Assembly: GCA_031288185.1 (NCBI GenBank)
Contig: JAITRZ010000003.1
Location: 98 to 64,097, forward strand
DNA length: 64,000 nucleotides
Source of the DNA: Coriobacteriales bacterium
Lineage (GTDB): Bacteria; Actinomycetota; Coriobacteriia; Coriobacteriales; UBA8131
Direction: 5' to 3'
Shown here: positions 26,310 to 36,175 of the stretch, one piece after another
Layout of the letters: every line of letters starts with the position of its first letter
Position numbering within the stretch: the first letter of the stretch is position 1
Notes under the pieces: generated by a model
The model's database searches: none
The model's input: only the letters and a program-made list of their open reading frames with translations
Told to the model about the DNA's origin: nothing
Program-made: the position numbers and the translations under genes

Positions 26310-26861
26310 ATGAGCGATCTCTATACCCCAGAATATCAGCCTCGTGGTACAGAACAGGCGATTTTTCACACAAATAAGGGCGACATTCGCGTACAACTGG
26401 CCGGCGCTGACGCGCCTCTTCATGTTGGCAATTTTGTGGAATTGGTACAGCAGGGTTTTTATAACGGCTGCCGTTTTCATCGCCTGGAGCCGGGCTTTGT
26501 GGTTCAGGGTGGCTGCCCTCACTCCAAACAGTATTCCAGCGAGGAACTCCAACGCGGCGTGCAAGACCCCAGCCGGGGCATTCCCGGCACGGGCGGGCCA
26601 GGCCATCACATCAAGGGTGAGTGGAGAAGTAATCCCAACAACCATCACAAAGACGGCAGTCTGGCAATGGCGCGCTCTCAGGCCCCGGACTCGGCGGGCT
26701 CGCAGTTCTATTTTTGTTTGGGACCACAGTCATTTTTGGATAGCAACTATACAGTTTTTGGCGATACCCTGGACGCGGACAGCCTGAAGGTTATCCATGA
26801 CCTGGAAAAGGGCGATGTTATTGAGTCCGTTGAGATAGTTGGGGATGCCGCAGACGCGTAG
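26310..26861 (+). CDS. Cyclophilin-type peptidyl-prolyl cis-trans isomerase
   Basis: GGAGG precedes the ATG at 26310. 'FHTNKGDIRVQL...APLHVGNFVELVQQGFYNGCRFHRLEPGFVVQGG...SAGSQFYFCL...VFG'. Confidence 0.9.
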   Translation: MSDLYTPEYQPRGTEQAIFHTNKGDIRVQLAGADAPLHVGNFVELVQQGFYNGCRFHRLEPGFVVQGGCPHSKQYSSEELQRGVQDPSRGIPGTGGPGHHIKGEWRSNPNNHHKDGSLAMARSQAPDSAGSQFYFCLGPQSFLDSNYTVFGDTLDADSLKVIHDLEKGDVIESVEIVGDAADA

Positions 26862-26954
26862 CCTGACAGGGATCGGCAGACGTACATCCCAGCGGCCACA
26901 TGAGCCAACGTATCACAGCGGCGCAGACCGCAGTTCAGCAGAGAGGGTCGACAT

Positions 26955-28280
26955 TTGAACAGCATCAATTATGAACAAGCGCAGGTTGCTTATCAAGCTG
27001 GCAATTATATCGACGCCCTGAAATCCTATTATGCGGCGCTCAAAGACGACCATGTCACCTTTGGCCCCGGCGATCTGGGGCTGGTTTACTACCGGGTAGG
27101 TAACTGCCTACTTAAGATGCACAGCTTTAATGAGGCTGCCATCAGTTATAAGAAGGCGCTGGAGGACACTATCTTTGCACAGCGCGGGGCCACCAATGTC
27201 AACCTGGGAAAATCGCTCCTGGGAGAGGGGCGTTTTCAGGAGGCGATAGAGGCTTTTAACAGCGCCCTGGCTGATCCTGCCTATGTCAAGGGTTATCAGG
27301 CGCAGATGGGGTTGGGCAATGCTTACAGCAAACTGGGGATGATAGTAGAAGCCGGAACCGCCTATCGCAACGCCGCTCTGGATGAGCGCAATCCCAACCC
27401 CTCCAAAGCCCTGTTGAGCCTGGGTGCCTGCTTTGTAGCCCTGGGTCGGCCGGCGGATGCCATTGAATCCTACACAGCTGTTTTTGACTTTGCCCCCTCG
27501 GTGCCGCTCCAGCAAAAGACCTATGAAAATCTGGGCTTGGCGTACGCGGCGGCAGAGCGCTATCCAGAGGCGGTGCAGGCTTTCAACCAGGCCCTGGAGC
27601 CGGGTGGTTTTGTGCTTTCGACACCTGCCCTGGCCGCTTACCAAAAAGCGCTGGTGGCAATTGGAGCTGAGCCTGACCTTATTGCCCAGGCTGCGGGTCT
27701 TGGCACGATGCAAGACGGAAGCCAGATATACCGCTCGTCTCCCGCCCTTGAACCCACCGCACGCGCCGATGGCAGCGTCAGTTACGGAGCCGGCAATGTG
27801 CCTACTACGCAGGACACCGGTTTTTTTGATGCCGTAGAATCTGACCTGGTTAAGATGAGCAAAGACCAGATCAAGGGCGAGCGCAAACTCAGGCATACGG
27901 GCCTTAAGATTACACTGGGCATTGTTATTTTTCTGGTTTTGCTGCTGGGCCTGGGTGTCTTTGCCTTTACGCAGGGTTACGGTTATCCAACGCAAGAAGC
28001 TGTTGTCCAGGATCTGTTTGACGCCAACGCCGATGGTCGCGACCCCACGCCGTATTGGGTTGGTGCCAGTACTGAAGAAGAGCAGGCCATTCGGCGCGTC
28101 ATGGATATGGTGGCGCCTACCAAGACCATCGAGATAGTCTATTTGGAGCGCGCCATGACTACATCTGAGGTGGTAGTGGCGGCGCGCCTGCAAAACGGTG
28201 GCACACTAAACTATGACATCAGTTTGACGCGCTCTGGTTTGGGATGGAAGATAGACAACCTGAGCCTTTACTTTGGGTAG
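26955..28280 (+). CDS. TPR-repeat protein with a C-proximal transmembrane helix
   Basis: 441 aa. Multiple TPR-like A-x-x-Y/A-L repeats ('AYQAGNYIDALKSYYAAL', 'GNAYSKLGMIVEAGTAYRNAL', 'LGLAYAAAERYPEAVQAFNQAL'), and a TM 'ITLGIVIFLVLLLGLGVFAF'. Confidence 0.65.
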   Translation: MNSINYEQAQVAYQAGNYIDALKSYYAALKDDHVTFGPGDLGLVYYRVGNCLLKMHSFNEAAISYKKALEDTIFAQRGATNVNLGKSLLGEGRFQEAIEAFNSALADPAYVKGYQAQMGLGNAYSKLGMIVEAGTAYRNAALDERNPNPSKALLSLGACFVALGRPADAIESYTAVFDFAPSVPLQQKTYENLGLAYAAAERYPEAVQAFNQALEPGGFVLSTPALAAYQKALVAIGAEPDLIAQAAGLGTMQDGSQIYRSSPALEPTARADGSVSYGAGNVPTTQDTGFFDAVESDLVKMSKDQIKGERKLRHTGLKITLGIVIFLVLLLGLGVFAFTQGYGYPTQEAVVQDLFDANADGRDPTPYWVGASTEEEQAIRRVMDMVAPTKTIEIVYLERAMTTSEVVVAARLQNGGTLNYDISLTRSGLGWKIDNLSLYFG

Positions 28281-28286
28281 GGGTCT

Positions 28287-28334
28287 TGCGCAGGTTTATG
28301 AGCAATGATTCGGGCTGGCCTGCTCACCTGCGCA
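28287..28334 (+). terminator. 9-bp inverted repeat (tgcgcaggt ... acctgcgca) followed by a T-rich tract
   Basis: The arms at 28287-28295 and 28326-28334 are perfectly complementary, with a 30-nt loop, then ttggatttt. It lies just after the stop of the TPR gene. Confidence 0.3.
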
Positions 28335-28399
28335 TTGGATTTTAGGCTCACCTGCAGGGAGCGACAGCGCGCGACGTACTACCCAAAGAAAGGGAGACC

Positions 28400-28801
28400 A
28401 TGTTAGAGAGCACCTACGTGATGTTAAAGCCGGATGCCATCAAGGCTCGACACATCGGCGCGATCATCAGCCGTTTTGAAACAGTGGGCCTGAACATTGA
28501 GCGCCTGGAACTGGGTGAGGTTACGCTTCAGCAGGCCCAGGCCAATTATGCCGAGCATCAGGGTAAGCCCTTCTATGATGGCCTGATTTGTTATATCACC
28601 TCGGGCCCGGTGGTTAAGATGGTGCTTTCTGGCGAAAATGCCGTGAATACAGCGCGTAAGCTGATGGGCCCCACCAACCCGGCTGAAGCCCCTGCCGGTA
28701 CCATCCGTGGTGACTTTGGGCTTATACTGGATGCCAACGTCATTCATGGTTCTGACAGCCGGGAATCGGCCGCTCGTGAAATTGATATTTTCTTTGGATG
28801 A
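28400..28801 (+). CDS. ndk: Nucleoside diphosphate kinase
   Basis: 'ESTYVMLKPDAIKARHIGAIISRFE...GPTNPAEAPAGTIRGDFG...NVIHGSDS', with the catalytic His in 'NVIHGSD'. Confidence 0.95.
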   Translation: MLESTYVMLKPDAIKARHIGAIISRFETVGLNIERLELGEVTLQQAQANYAEHQGKPFYDGLICYITSGPVVKMVLSGENAVNTARKLMGPTNPAEAPAGTIRGDFGLILDANVIHGSDSRESAAREIDIFFG

Positions 28802-28841
28802 TTTTAATTTTATTTGCTCGACCAGGTTTGCCCGTCTGACC

Positions 28842-28859
28842 TTGTTGTCGCGACAACAA
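28842..28859. repeat. Perfect 18-bp palindrome TTGTTGTCGCGACAACAA
   Basis: Read directly, in the ndk-mreB spacer about 70 nt upstream of the mreB ATG. Confidence 0.85.
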
Positions 28860-28929
28860 CAGTAACCGTCAGAGCCGTGATGTCAGGGTAGTATGAGCGT
28901 GATGAAAACAAAAAGGAGAAAGCACGACC

Positions 28930-29970
28930 ATGTCGTTTTTCGATAACCTGTTTAGCCAGTGGAGCTGCGATATGGCCATAGACCTGGGCACTGCCAACAC
29001 GCTGGTAGCGATTGCCGGTGAAGGCATCGTCTTAGACGAGCCTTCGGTTGTAGCCATCGACAATGAGGTTAACCGGGTGCTTTCGGTGGGCACCGAGGCT
29101 CGCGAAATGATCGGCAGAAATCCCGGCAACATCTCGGTAGAAAGGCCGCTGGCTGATGGCGTGATAGCTGACTACGACGTCACCGAGGCGATGCTCTCCT
29201 ATTTCATCAACAAGGCCAACCCCAAAACGCGCTTTTGGCAACCTAAACCCCGTATCGTTATCTGCATACCCTGTGGAGTAACCTCCGTGGAAAAACGTGC
29301 GGTGTATGAGGCCACTATCCAGGCTGGTGCCCGCACCGCCTATCTTATTGAAGAACCGATGGCGGCTGCCATAGGGGCTGGGCTGCCGGTAGAAGAGCCC
29401 ACCGGCTCTATGGTGGTAGACATCGGTGGCGGCACCACAGAGATAGCCGTCATTTCCTTGGGCGGTATTGTTACCTCCCGATCCCTGCGTACCGCAGGCA
29501 ATGAGTTTGATGAGGCGGTCGCTCGCCATGTGCGCGAGGTCTACGGCCTCAATATTGGTGTGCGCACCGCTGAGGACATCAAAATTGCCATCGGATCGGC
29601 CATGCCCATCAGCGCCGGTGAGATGGATATGGAAATATCCGGCCGCGATCTGTCCACAAACCTGCCACGTAGCGAGAACATCCAATCTGAAGACGTGCGC
29701 GAAGGTATCAAAAGTCCGTTGCAGGAGATATTGATCGCCATCAAAGAAACCTTTCTTGAAACCGATCCGGATCTGGCCGCTGACATTATTGTCAATGGTA
29801 TCCTGCTAACCGGCGGCGGCGCGCTGCTAAAAGAGATGGATCGTTTCTTAACCAACAACCTTGAAGTGCCCGTCTATGTTTCGCCCACCGCCTTCACTAA
29901 CGTGGTTGTTGGCTGCTCAATGGCCCTGGAAAATCCTGCAGCCCTGCAACGCTCCTACACACAAAGGTAG
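28930..29970 (+). CDS. mreB: Rod shape-determining actin homolog MreB
   Basis: 'DMAIDLGTANTLV...EPSVVAI', 'MVVDIGGGTTEIAVISLGGIV' and 'GILLTGGGALL' fit MreB. Confidence 0.95.
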   Translation: MSFFDNLFSQWSCDMAIDLGTANTLVAIAGEGIVLDEPSVVAIDNEVNRVLSVGTEAREMIGRNPGNISVERPLADGVIADYDVTEAMLSYFINKANPKTRFWQPKPRIVICIPCGVTSVEKRAVYEATIQAGARTAYLIEEPMAAAIGAGLPVEEPTGSMVVDIGGGTTEIAVISLGGIVTSRSLRTAGNEFDEAVARHVREVYGLNIGVRTAEDIKIAIGSAMPISAGEMDMEISGRDLSTNLPRSENIQSEDVREGIKSPLQEILIAIKETFLETDPDLAADIIVNGILLTGGGALLKEMDRFLTNNLEVPVYVSPTAFTNVVVGCSMALENPAALQRSYTQR

Positions 29971-29985
29971 AAAGGACGCCGCGCT

Positions 29986-31086
29986 TTGGCGCTCTCCTCG
30001 CACAAACCGCGCAAGGTTCCTGGTGGCCTTGCGGCCCTTTTTCTCAGTCTGATAGCGGTGGTGCTGCTCTCGGTCTGGTCATATGAAGGCGGCAGCGCGC
30101 CCGGTTCCTCCGGTATCCTGCACAATTTGCGCTCTGCCACTTCCCTCCTTACTACACCACTGGATCATCTGGCTTCATTTATTGGTGCTCCTGGTAAGGC
30201 TGTGGGTAATGCCCTTACCAACCTGAGCGCTTCTTCTGAGAGTTTGTTGGAACTTCAAAACCAAAACGATGAGCTGGTGGCTACGGTAGCTCGCTTAGAA
30301 GAATATCGTTTGGAAAATGAGCGGCTTTCCAAACTGCTTGAACTGGCGGACGCCTACAGTCTGGAAGCCGTGGGCGCTCGTATCCTTAAGCCTGCCAGTG
30401 ATTCTTGGAACCAGTCATTAACCATCTCTAAGGGCGCTTCAGACGGCATCGCGGTGGGGATGCCAGTGATGAGCCCCAATGGCCTGATTGGACAGGTCGA
30501 GCAGACGGGCCCCTTTACATCGGTGGTGCGCCTGCTTACCGATCTTGATTCAGGAGTTGCGGTGTTTTTGCAGGCTAACCGCTCCGAGGGCGTTGTGAGT
30601 GGTTCTGTCGAGGGGTTGCTGTATCTGCGCTATATCTCCCTTGATGTAAATGTGGTACCGGGTGATGTTGTGGTGACATCTGGGGCCGGCGGCGTTTACC
30701 CCAAGGGTATTGTTGTTGGCGAGGTCACCTCGGCCAGCTATGCCCCCTCTGACGTGTATCAGACTGTCGTGGTTAAGCCGCTGGCCAGGGTTTCTCGCTA
30801 TGAGGAGATACTGGTGTTGACCGGCCGACAAACTGAGGTCATTCCCAAACAGGAAGCTGCCACCAATGACCTTGAGGCCGATGAAGGACATCAGTCTGGT
30901 GAAACCACGGAGGACGCGAAAGCCGCAGAAACAGAAACAACCGGCGTGGCGGAGACCACCACGGCTCCTGCGGCGACTGGGGTGTCTTTCGCCGCCAAGG
31001 CTTTCGCGCGGGCTTCTGCATTTGCGCAACGCGCAGTTGCGTCGCCCGTGCCGCCTGTCGCAGTGGCAGCCCGCATGAACGGTTAG
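29986..31086 (+). CDS. mreC: Rod shape-determining protein MreC
   Basis: N-terminal TM, a coiled coil ('LLELQNQNDELVATVARLEEYRLENERL'), and beta-barrel repeats ('GMPVMSPNGLIGQVEQ', 'VVTSGAGGVYPKGIVVGEV'). Positioned after mreB. Confidence 0.85.
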   Translation: MALSSHKPRKVPGGLAALFLSLIAVVLLSVWSYEGGSAPGSSGILHNLRSATSLLTTPLDHLASFIGAPGKAVGNALTNLSASSESLLELQNQNDELVATVARLEEYRLENERLSKLLELADAYSLEAVGARILKPASDSWNQSLTISKGASDGIAVGMPVMSPNGLIGQVEQTGPFTSVVRLLTDLDSGVAVFLQANRSEGVVSGSVEGLLYLRYISLDVNVVPGDVVVTSGAGGVYPKGIVVGEVTSASYAPSDVYQTVVVKPLARVSRYEEILVLTGRQTEVIPKQEAATNDLEADEGHQSGETTEDAKAAETETTGVAETTTAPAATGVSFAAKAFARASAFAQRAVASPVPPVAVAARMNG

Positions 31087-31103
31087 CGAGGTCTACCCCT
31101 GTC

Positions 31104-31649
31104 ATGGATCACACCCAGCCCAGAATCCGGATAATGGTAGTGGTGGCCGTAGTGGCCGTGCTGCTGCAGGCGGCCGTAGCGCCCAGTATGGCCGTCATGA
31201 GCGTCGTGCCCAATTTTATGCTTATTATATTAGCTATTTTAGCCCTGCACAACGATCTCCTACGTTCAACAATCTGTGGCTTCGCGCTGGGGTTGGTCTT
31301 TGACTTACTATCGTCAGGCCCGTTAGGCGCCATGACCCTGGTGTTGACTCTGCTTGGATACATCATCAGCTCGCTTAATAAATATATTGCCCGCGGCGGG
31401 CTTTTGGTAGAGGCGTTTATCCTGTTTCTGGCGATGCTAAGCGGGGAGTTTTTGAACAGCGTGCTGTATGCAATAACAGGAAGCGATACGGAGTTTCTGC
31501 TCTCTTTGGCAGTCAAAGTTCTGCCTGCCACGCTCTATGATACGGTGATGGGTCTGCTGCTTCTGTGGGTGTACCTGCGGCTGTTTACCGATAGCGGCCG
31601 CCCTAATCGTCCCGGTCCCGGCCGGCCTCTACAAAGAAAGCTGAACTGA
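31104..31649 (+). CDS. mreD: Rod shape-determining protein MreD
   Basis: 181-aa polytopic membrane protein immediately after mreC. Called from position and hydrophobicity pattern. Confidence 0.7.
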   Translation: MDHTQPRIRIMVVVAVVAVLLQAAVAPSMAVMSVVPNFMLIILAILALHNDLLRSTICGFALGLVFDLLSSGPLGAMTLVLTLLGYIISSLNKYIARGGLLVEAFILFLAMLSGEFLNSVLYAITGSDTEFLLSLAVKVLPATLYDTVMGLLLLWVYLRLFTDSGRPNRPGPGRPLQRKLN

Positions 31650-31651
31650 GC

Positions 31652-33736
31652 ATGAGTGCTTATGTTGTAGGGCTTTCTGTGGGCATAGCGGTGTTTGTCC
31701 TAGTCGTGGCCGGCTTTTTTGTAGGTCGCGCCTTCCTGCGCAACCGCCGCCGCAGGAACGTCTACTCGCCCTCCTTTGGCCGAGCTGACAGGGGCCGGAT
31801 ACGAGATGGCGAGCAACTGCGTCCGGCCGGTGCCTTAAAGGATCGCGCCAACAAGGAAGGCCGAAGTCGCTTCTACGCCTTTGGTGCTTTAATTGCTATT
31901 ATGTTTGGCACATTAGCGGTCAAACTCTGGAGCTTGCAGATATTTGGTCATGGCCGTTACGTTGAGCTGGCCAATGAAAATATGAGCGCAGAGGTGCTGG
32001 TGCCGGCCGCTCGTGGCCGCATTCTGGATAGAAACGGCATTGAGCTGGTGGGAAATCGCCCTTCCATCACGATAACCGGCAAGCGGTCTCTGGCTGAAGA
32101 CGGTCCGTTGCTGCGGCGCCTATCACTGGTTTTGGGCATTCCCCGAGGTATCATTCGCCGCAATCTGTTAAATGACGCTGAGGGGGTGCAGTCTGACCAC
32201 ACCATCGCCACCGACGTGCCCATGACGGTTGTTGGCTTCATTCGCGAGCATCCCACGCTGTTTGCGGGCGTCAACGTTGAGTCGCGGACGATTCGCTACT
32301 ATCCCTATGGATCCTTGGGAGCCCATGTATTGGGCTACACAGGACCGGTGACCGAGGATTTTCTGGCCACCCAAACGGGTGAGGAATCCATTCCCTATCA
32401 CCGGGGCGACAGTATCGGCAAAGACGGAGCCGAGCTAACTTTTGAAAAGATATTACAGGGTATGCCCGGCAGCCGAACCTATAAGGTTGACGCTAACGGC
32501 AATCCCACCGAGGTCATCTCTGAGGCTGTGCCGGTGAGCGGCGATGACGTAAAGCTCACCATCGACGCTGAGTTGCAACGCGCGTGTGATCAGATACTCA
32601 TGGAGGTTGTCCTGGAGGCGCGCAACGTGGGCGGCCATGAGGACTGTAGTGCCGGCGCGCTTATCTGTATTGACATAGAGGATGGCGGCATTCTGGCCTC
32701 GTCCAGTTATCCTACTTTTTTTCCCGCTGAGCTGTCACGGGGTATCTCTGAGGAATTGTGGTCGCAGTTGACCAATGACCATTCTGATTATCCGCTTACC
32801 AACCGGGCCATATCCGGCCTGTATCCAGCGGCTTCTACCTTTAAGGCCTTCACCTCTCTGGCCGGTTTGCACAATGACATCATCGTTGGGGATACCACCC
32901 ACTACTGCAATGGTTACTGGGATGAGTATGGCGAGCAATGGGGACAACGCTGCTGGATATATCCGGGCGGACACGGTTATGTCAACCTAGAAGAAGCCAT
33001 TGATGTGTCGTGCGACATCTTCTTTTACTCGGTGGGTGCGGCCTTCTATGAGCGCTGGCGAATCCTGCCGGAGCCGGATACAGAACGCCAGAACAGCCTG
33101 CAGGATTACATCCGCAGCTGGGGATTTGGCGCTGCCACCGGCATTGATCTGCCCGGTGAGGGTTTAGGCCGTATACCGGATGCCGCCTGGAAGCGGCAGG
33201 CGTTTTCTGACACCCCTGAAGAAGCGCTGTGGCAGCCTGGAGACATGACCAATATGTGCATTGGCCAGGGCGACATCCTGGTGACCCCGCTGCAGTTGTG
33301 TAACGGTTATTGTTCCATCGCCCGCCGCGCCATCAAAAAACCGCATATTTTTCACAGTGTTTCTGATGCGGAGGGAAGAGTGGTGGTTTCTCACCAGGAG
33401 GAGGCTATCTTGGAGCAGCCCCGTTTTGAACCTGCCCAAATGGATCGCGTGGTAGACGGGCTCAAACGGGTCATCAACCGCGCATCAGCCTTTGCTGACC
33501 TGCCAGTGCAGGCAGCCGGTAAGTCCGGCACGGCCGAAGTCGCGGGTAAGGATGATTATTCCTGGTATGTGGCCTACGCGCCGGTTGAAAACCCCCGGTT
33601 CTGTGTGGCCTGTGTTATCGAGCAGGGCGGTGGCGGTTCTTCAGCGGCAATCAATGGTGTTGCCCAAACCCTGGCCAAACTCTATGACAGCAATATTGGT
33701 GCCATTACCATTTATCAGGAAACTGGGGAGCGCTGA
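31652..33736 (+). CDS. mrdA: Penicillin-binding protein 2 (elongasome transpeptidase)
   Basis: N-terminal TM, dimerisation domain ('RGRILDRNGIELV'), active-site 'STFK' in 'YPAASTFKAF', and 'KSGTAEV'. Positioned between mreD and rodA. Confidence 0.9.
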   Translation: MSAYVVGLSVGIAVFVLVVAGFFVGRAFLRNRRRRNVYSPSFGRADRGRIRDGEQLRPAGALKDRANKEGRSRFYAFGALIAIMFGTLAVKLWSLQIFGHGRYVELANENMSAEVLVPAARGRILDRNGIELVGNRPSITITGKRSLAEDGPLLRRLSLVLGIPRGIIRRNLLNDAEGVQSDHTIATDVPMTVVGFIREHPTLFAGVNVESRTIRYYPYGSLGAHVLGYTGPVTEDFLATQTGEESIPYHRGDSIGKDGAELTFEKILQGMPGSRTYKVDANGNPTEVISEAVPVSGDDVKLTIDAELQRACDQILMEVVLEARNVGGHEDCSAGALICIDIEDGGILASSSYPTFFPAELSRGISEELWSQLTNDHSDYPLTNRAISGLYPAASTFKAFTSLAGLHNDIIVGDTTHYCNGYWDEYGEQWGQRCWIYPGGHGYVNLEEAIDVSCDIFFYSVGAAFYERWRILPEPDTERQNSLQDYIRSWGFGAATGIDLPGEGLGRIPDAAWKRQAFSDTPEEALWQPGDMTNMCIGQGDILVTPLQLCNGYCSIARRAIKKPHIFHSVSDAEGRVVVSHQEEAILEQPRFEPAQMDRVVDGLKRVINRASAFADLPVQAAGKSGTAEVAGKDDYSWYVAYAPVENPRFCVACVIEQGGGGSSAAINGVAQTLAKLYDSNIGAITIYQETGER

Positions 33737-33740
33737 GGGT

Positions 33741-34949
33741 ATGCCCGTAGCTCCCAAAATGCAAACACAGGCCCTCGACAGGCGACGCATCAACCAGGCA
33801 TCGTTACTGTCCACCCTGCGCCGGGTTATAAATTTGCCTTTACTATTAACAGTTTGTGTCCTGGTTGCCTATGGTCTGCTGGTGGTATGGTCAGCTACCG
33901 CTAACTCCAGCACCTACACTTTCAGCCGCCAGTTGATTGGTGTGGGTATTGGGGCAGTCTTGATGATAGTTATCTGGCGTTTTGACTACCGCAAACTCTC
34001 CAATTGGATGGTGCCGTTGCTGGCGGCCTGTCTGCTGTTGGTACTGCTGCCACTGCTGCCAGGTATTGGTGTAACCGTTAATGAGGCGCGCAGTTGGATT
34101 TCCATCGCCGGACAGCAATTTCAACCCGGAGAACTGGCAAAGGTTCTGGACATACTGTACCTGGCATCGCTGCTGGCTCGCTATCGGGGGCGCATTGATT
34201 CTGGCCGTGAGTATCTCAAATGCTTTTGCTTGATGATGCTGCCGGTAGTGGCTATCATGGCCCAACCGGATATGGGCACGGGTCTCGTGTTGTTTGTGGT
34301 TGGCATGGTGATGCTCTTTGCCGCCGGCGCTCATCGCAAATGGCTGCTTATCACCATAGGGATAATAGCGCTGGCGGTGGTGGCGGCCTTGTGTTTGGAC
34401 GGGGTGCTGGATGCCTGGTTTGGCCGTGACGTTTTTATCAGGGACTACCAAAAAAACCGTTTGTTGGTGTTTGTCAATGCAGATCTGGATCCAACCGGCG
34501 CCGGCTATAACCTCAAGCAAGCCCAGATAGCCATCGGTTCCGGCGGTGTTTTGGGTAAGGGTCTGGGCAACGCAACTCAGTCCAGCCTGGGTTTTTTGCC
34601 CGAGGCACCTACTGACTTTATCTTTTGCGTCCTGGCTGAGGAATTTGGTTTTCTGGGCTCCCTGGCCCTGATAGGCATCTACACCGTGTTGATGTTTCTA
34701 GCGCTCAGGGTAGCTTTTCAGTCCTTTGACCTCTATGGTACGCTGATCATCGCTGGCATACTGGGAATGTGGATCTTTCAAATTCTGGAGAGTATAGGCA
34801 TGACCTGCGGTTTGATGCCGATAACGGGCATCCCCCTGCCCTTTGTAAGTTACGGCTCTTCTTTCATGCTCGCTAACTTCATTTCGTTAGGTCTGGTATT
34901 CTCTATCTGGGCCCACCGCGATAACAAGACAACTGCCGGTATCCGATGA
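33741..34949 (+). CDS. rodA: SEDS-family peptidoglycan polymerase RodA
   Basis: The ATG at 33741 follows the mrdA stop. 'SWISIAGQQFQPGELAKV', 'QPDMGTGLV' and 'GLMPITGIPLPFVSYGSS' are FtsW/RodA/SpoVE motifs. The longer ORF from 33492 overlaps mrdA. Confidence 0.9.
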   Translation: MPVAPKMQTQALDRRRINQASLLSTLRRVINLPLLLTVCVLVAYGLLVVWSATANSSTYTFSRQLIGVGIGAVLMIVIWRFDYRKLSNWMVPLLAACLLLVLLPLLPGIGVTVNEARSWISIAGQQFQPGELAKVLDILYLASLLARYRGRIDSGREYLKCFCLMMLPVVAIMAQPDMGTGLVLFVVGMVMLFAAGAHRKWLLITIGIIALAVVAALCLDGVLDAWFGRDVFIRDYQKNRLLVFVNADLDPTGAGYNLKQAQIAIGSGGVLGKGLGNATQSSLGFLPEAPTDFIFCVLAEEFGFLGSLALIGIYTVLMFLALRVAFQSFDLYGTLIIAGILGMWIFQILESIGMTCGLMPITGIPLPFVSYGSSFMLANFISLGLVFSIWAHRDNKTTAGIR

Positions 34950-35085
34950 TGCCGATGCGCTGGATCGTTAACCCAAACTGCATGACCTATCAGTATGCTA
35001 ACGGGCAGTGCCGCGCTGCGTCGTATCCCCACCGTGGTTTTCTGTGTCGCATTTTGGCCTGCATGTAACCAGGAAAGGAGGCTTG

Positions 35086-36168
35086 ATGACCCCTCTACCC
35101 AAAATCCCCCTCAACCGCAAGGCGCTGGCCCGTGCGGGCAGAGCTTTTATCGGCGCCAGCCAAACCAATAGCGTGGTGCGGGTGCTGGTGGATGAGAGTG
35201 CTGATGCGCGTCTGATAGAGGCCGGCAGGCTGTTTTTGATTCCAGAACAGGACTGTGTGGACTTTACGGTGCAGAGTTTTAGCAAAAAACCGCCCGAAGT
35301 GACATCGGCAGCCGACCTAACCATTGTCCTGGCTGGCTCCTCGCCCGATCTGGGCCGTTTGCTGGAAATTGCTCTATGGACCAAACAGACGCTGGTCATC
35401 TTGAGCCCAGAGCCACAAAACCTGTTGGCACAGGTGCACGATGCGGATACGGCTGCTGCTGCGGCTCATATCCTTAAGTTTGATGGGGAGTATCCAGACA
35501 GAGAGGAGGCCATCCGGCACCTGCAGGATGACCTGGCGCGCTGGATAGTCACCCGCCTGCCCAATCAGCGGCTTAATCTGGGCCGAGCCTTTGCCTTTGT
35601 GCGCCCGGTGGTTATACAGGATCTTGGCCAGCAGGCTGCTTTGGAAAATGCGGTTATCGCGGCGGTGTTCTTTTTGCCTGGTGCGGACATGCCGGCCCTC
35701 ACTCTTAATCAGTTAAAACTGCTTTATCAGATAGCACTATTGAACGGTCTGCCTCTGGGCCGCGAGCGCCTGCCGGCGGTGGTGTCAGTGGTAGTCGCTG
35801 GTTTTGTTTTCAGGGCCCTCAGCCGTCTGCTCACCCGGCGAAGCGGTTTGGTTAACTGGCTTGTGCGCGCGGCGGTAGCCGCGTTGGCCACCCTGGCCAT
35901 CGGCCGCCTGGGAGCCGCGTTTTATGCGCCGGGGGGTCTGCTTAACCAATCAACCGCCCAGGATAAAGCCGCTACGAGCGATGCTGCCGGCGCGTCTCGT
36001 GGCCTGCTGCCAGCAGGCGCGCGGCAGAAAAGCCCCGGCAGGCCGTCTAGCAAGGCAGAAGCCTCCAACGTGTCGGTAGGCAAGGCAGAGGCTCGCGCCA
36101 CACTGCCTGATGGTGCAGAAACCCCGCATGTGCCGGCAGACAGAGACCCCTCCTCGTCTCCAACCTGA
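35086..36168 (+). CDS. Hypothetical protein: degenerate alpha/beta N-domain plus a C-terminal membrane-associated region, possibly DUF697-like
   Basis: AAAGGAGG RBS before the ATG at 35086. The C-terminal half has hydrophobic helices ('AVIAAVFFLPGADMP...LNQLKLLYQIALLNG'). The family assignment is tentative. Confidence 0.45.
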   Translation: MTPLPKIPLNRKALARAGRAFIGASQTNSVVRVLVDESADARLIEAGRLFLIPEQDCVDFTVQSFSKKPPEVTSAADLTIVLAGSSPDLGRLLEIALWTKQTLVILSPEPQNLLAQVHDADTAAAAAHILKFDGEYPDREEAIRHLQDDLARWIVTRLPNQRLNLGRAFAFVRPVVIQDLGQQAALENAVIAAVFFLPGADMPALTLNQLKLLYQIALLNGLPLGRERLPAVVSVVVAGFVFRALSRLLTRRSGLVNWLVRAAVAALATLAIGRLGAAFYAPGGLLNQSTAQDKAATSDAAGASRGLLPAGARQKSPGRPSSKAEASNVSVGKAEARATLPDGAETPHVPADRDPSSSPT

Positions 36169-36175
36169 CATTTCC

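Noticed and set aside
25848-26648. 266-aa minus-strand ORF spanning the rluD-cyclophilin spacer.
   Set aside because: It overlaps the well-supported 3' end of rluD and the 5' half of the cyclophilin gene on the opposite strand. It has no recognisable domain and is probably a GC-driven open frame.
27108-28193. 361-aa minus-strand ORF antisense to the TPR protein gene.
   Set aside because: It is fully nested antisense to a gene with clear TPR repeats. Its composition is Arg/Gly/Leu-rich, typical of antisense frames in GC-rich DNA. It has no motifs and no RBS.
36110-36175. Upstream ATG (36110) as the start of the radical SAM gene.
   Set aside because: It would overlap the last 20 codons of the preceding gene. 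The family's conserved N-terminus ('...KPVRYIGGE') begins shortly after the TTG at 36176. The question is kept as uncertain rather than resolved.
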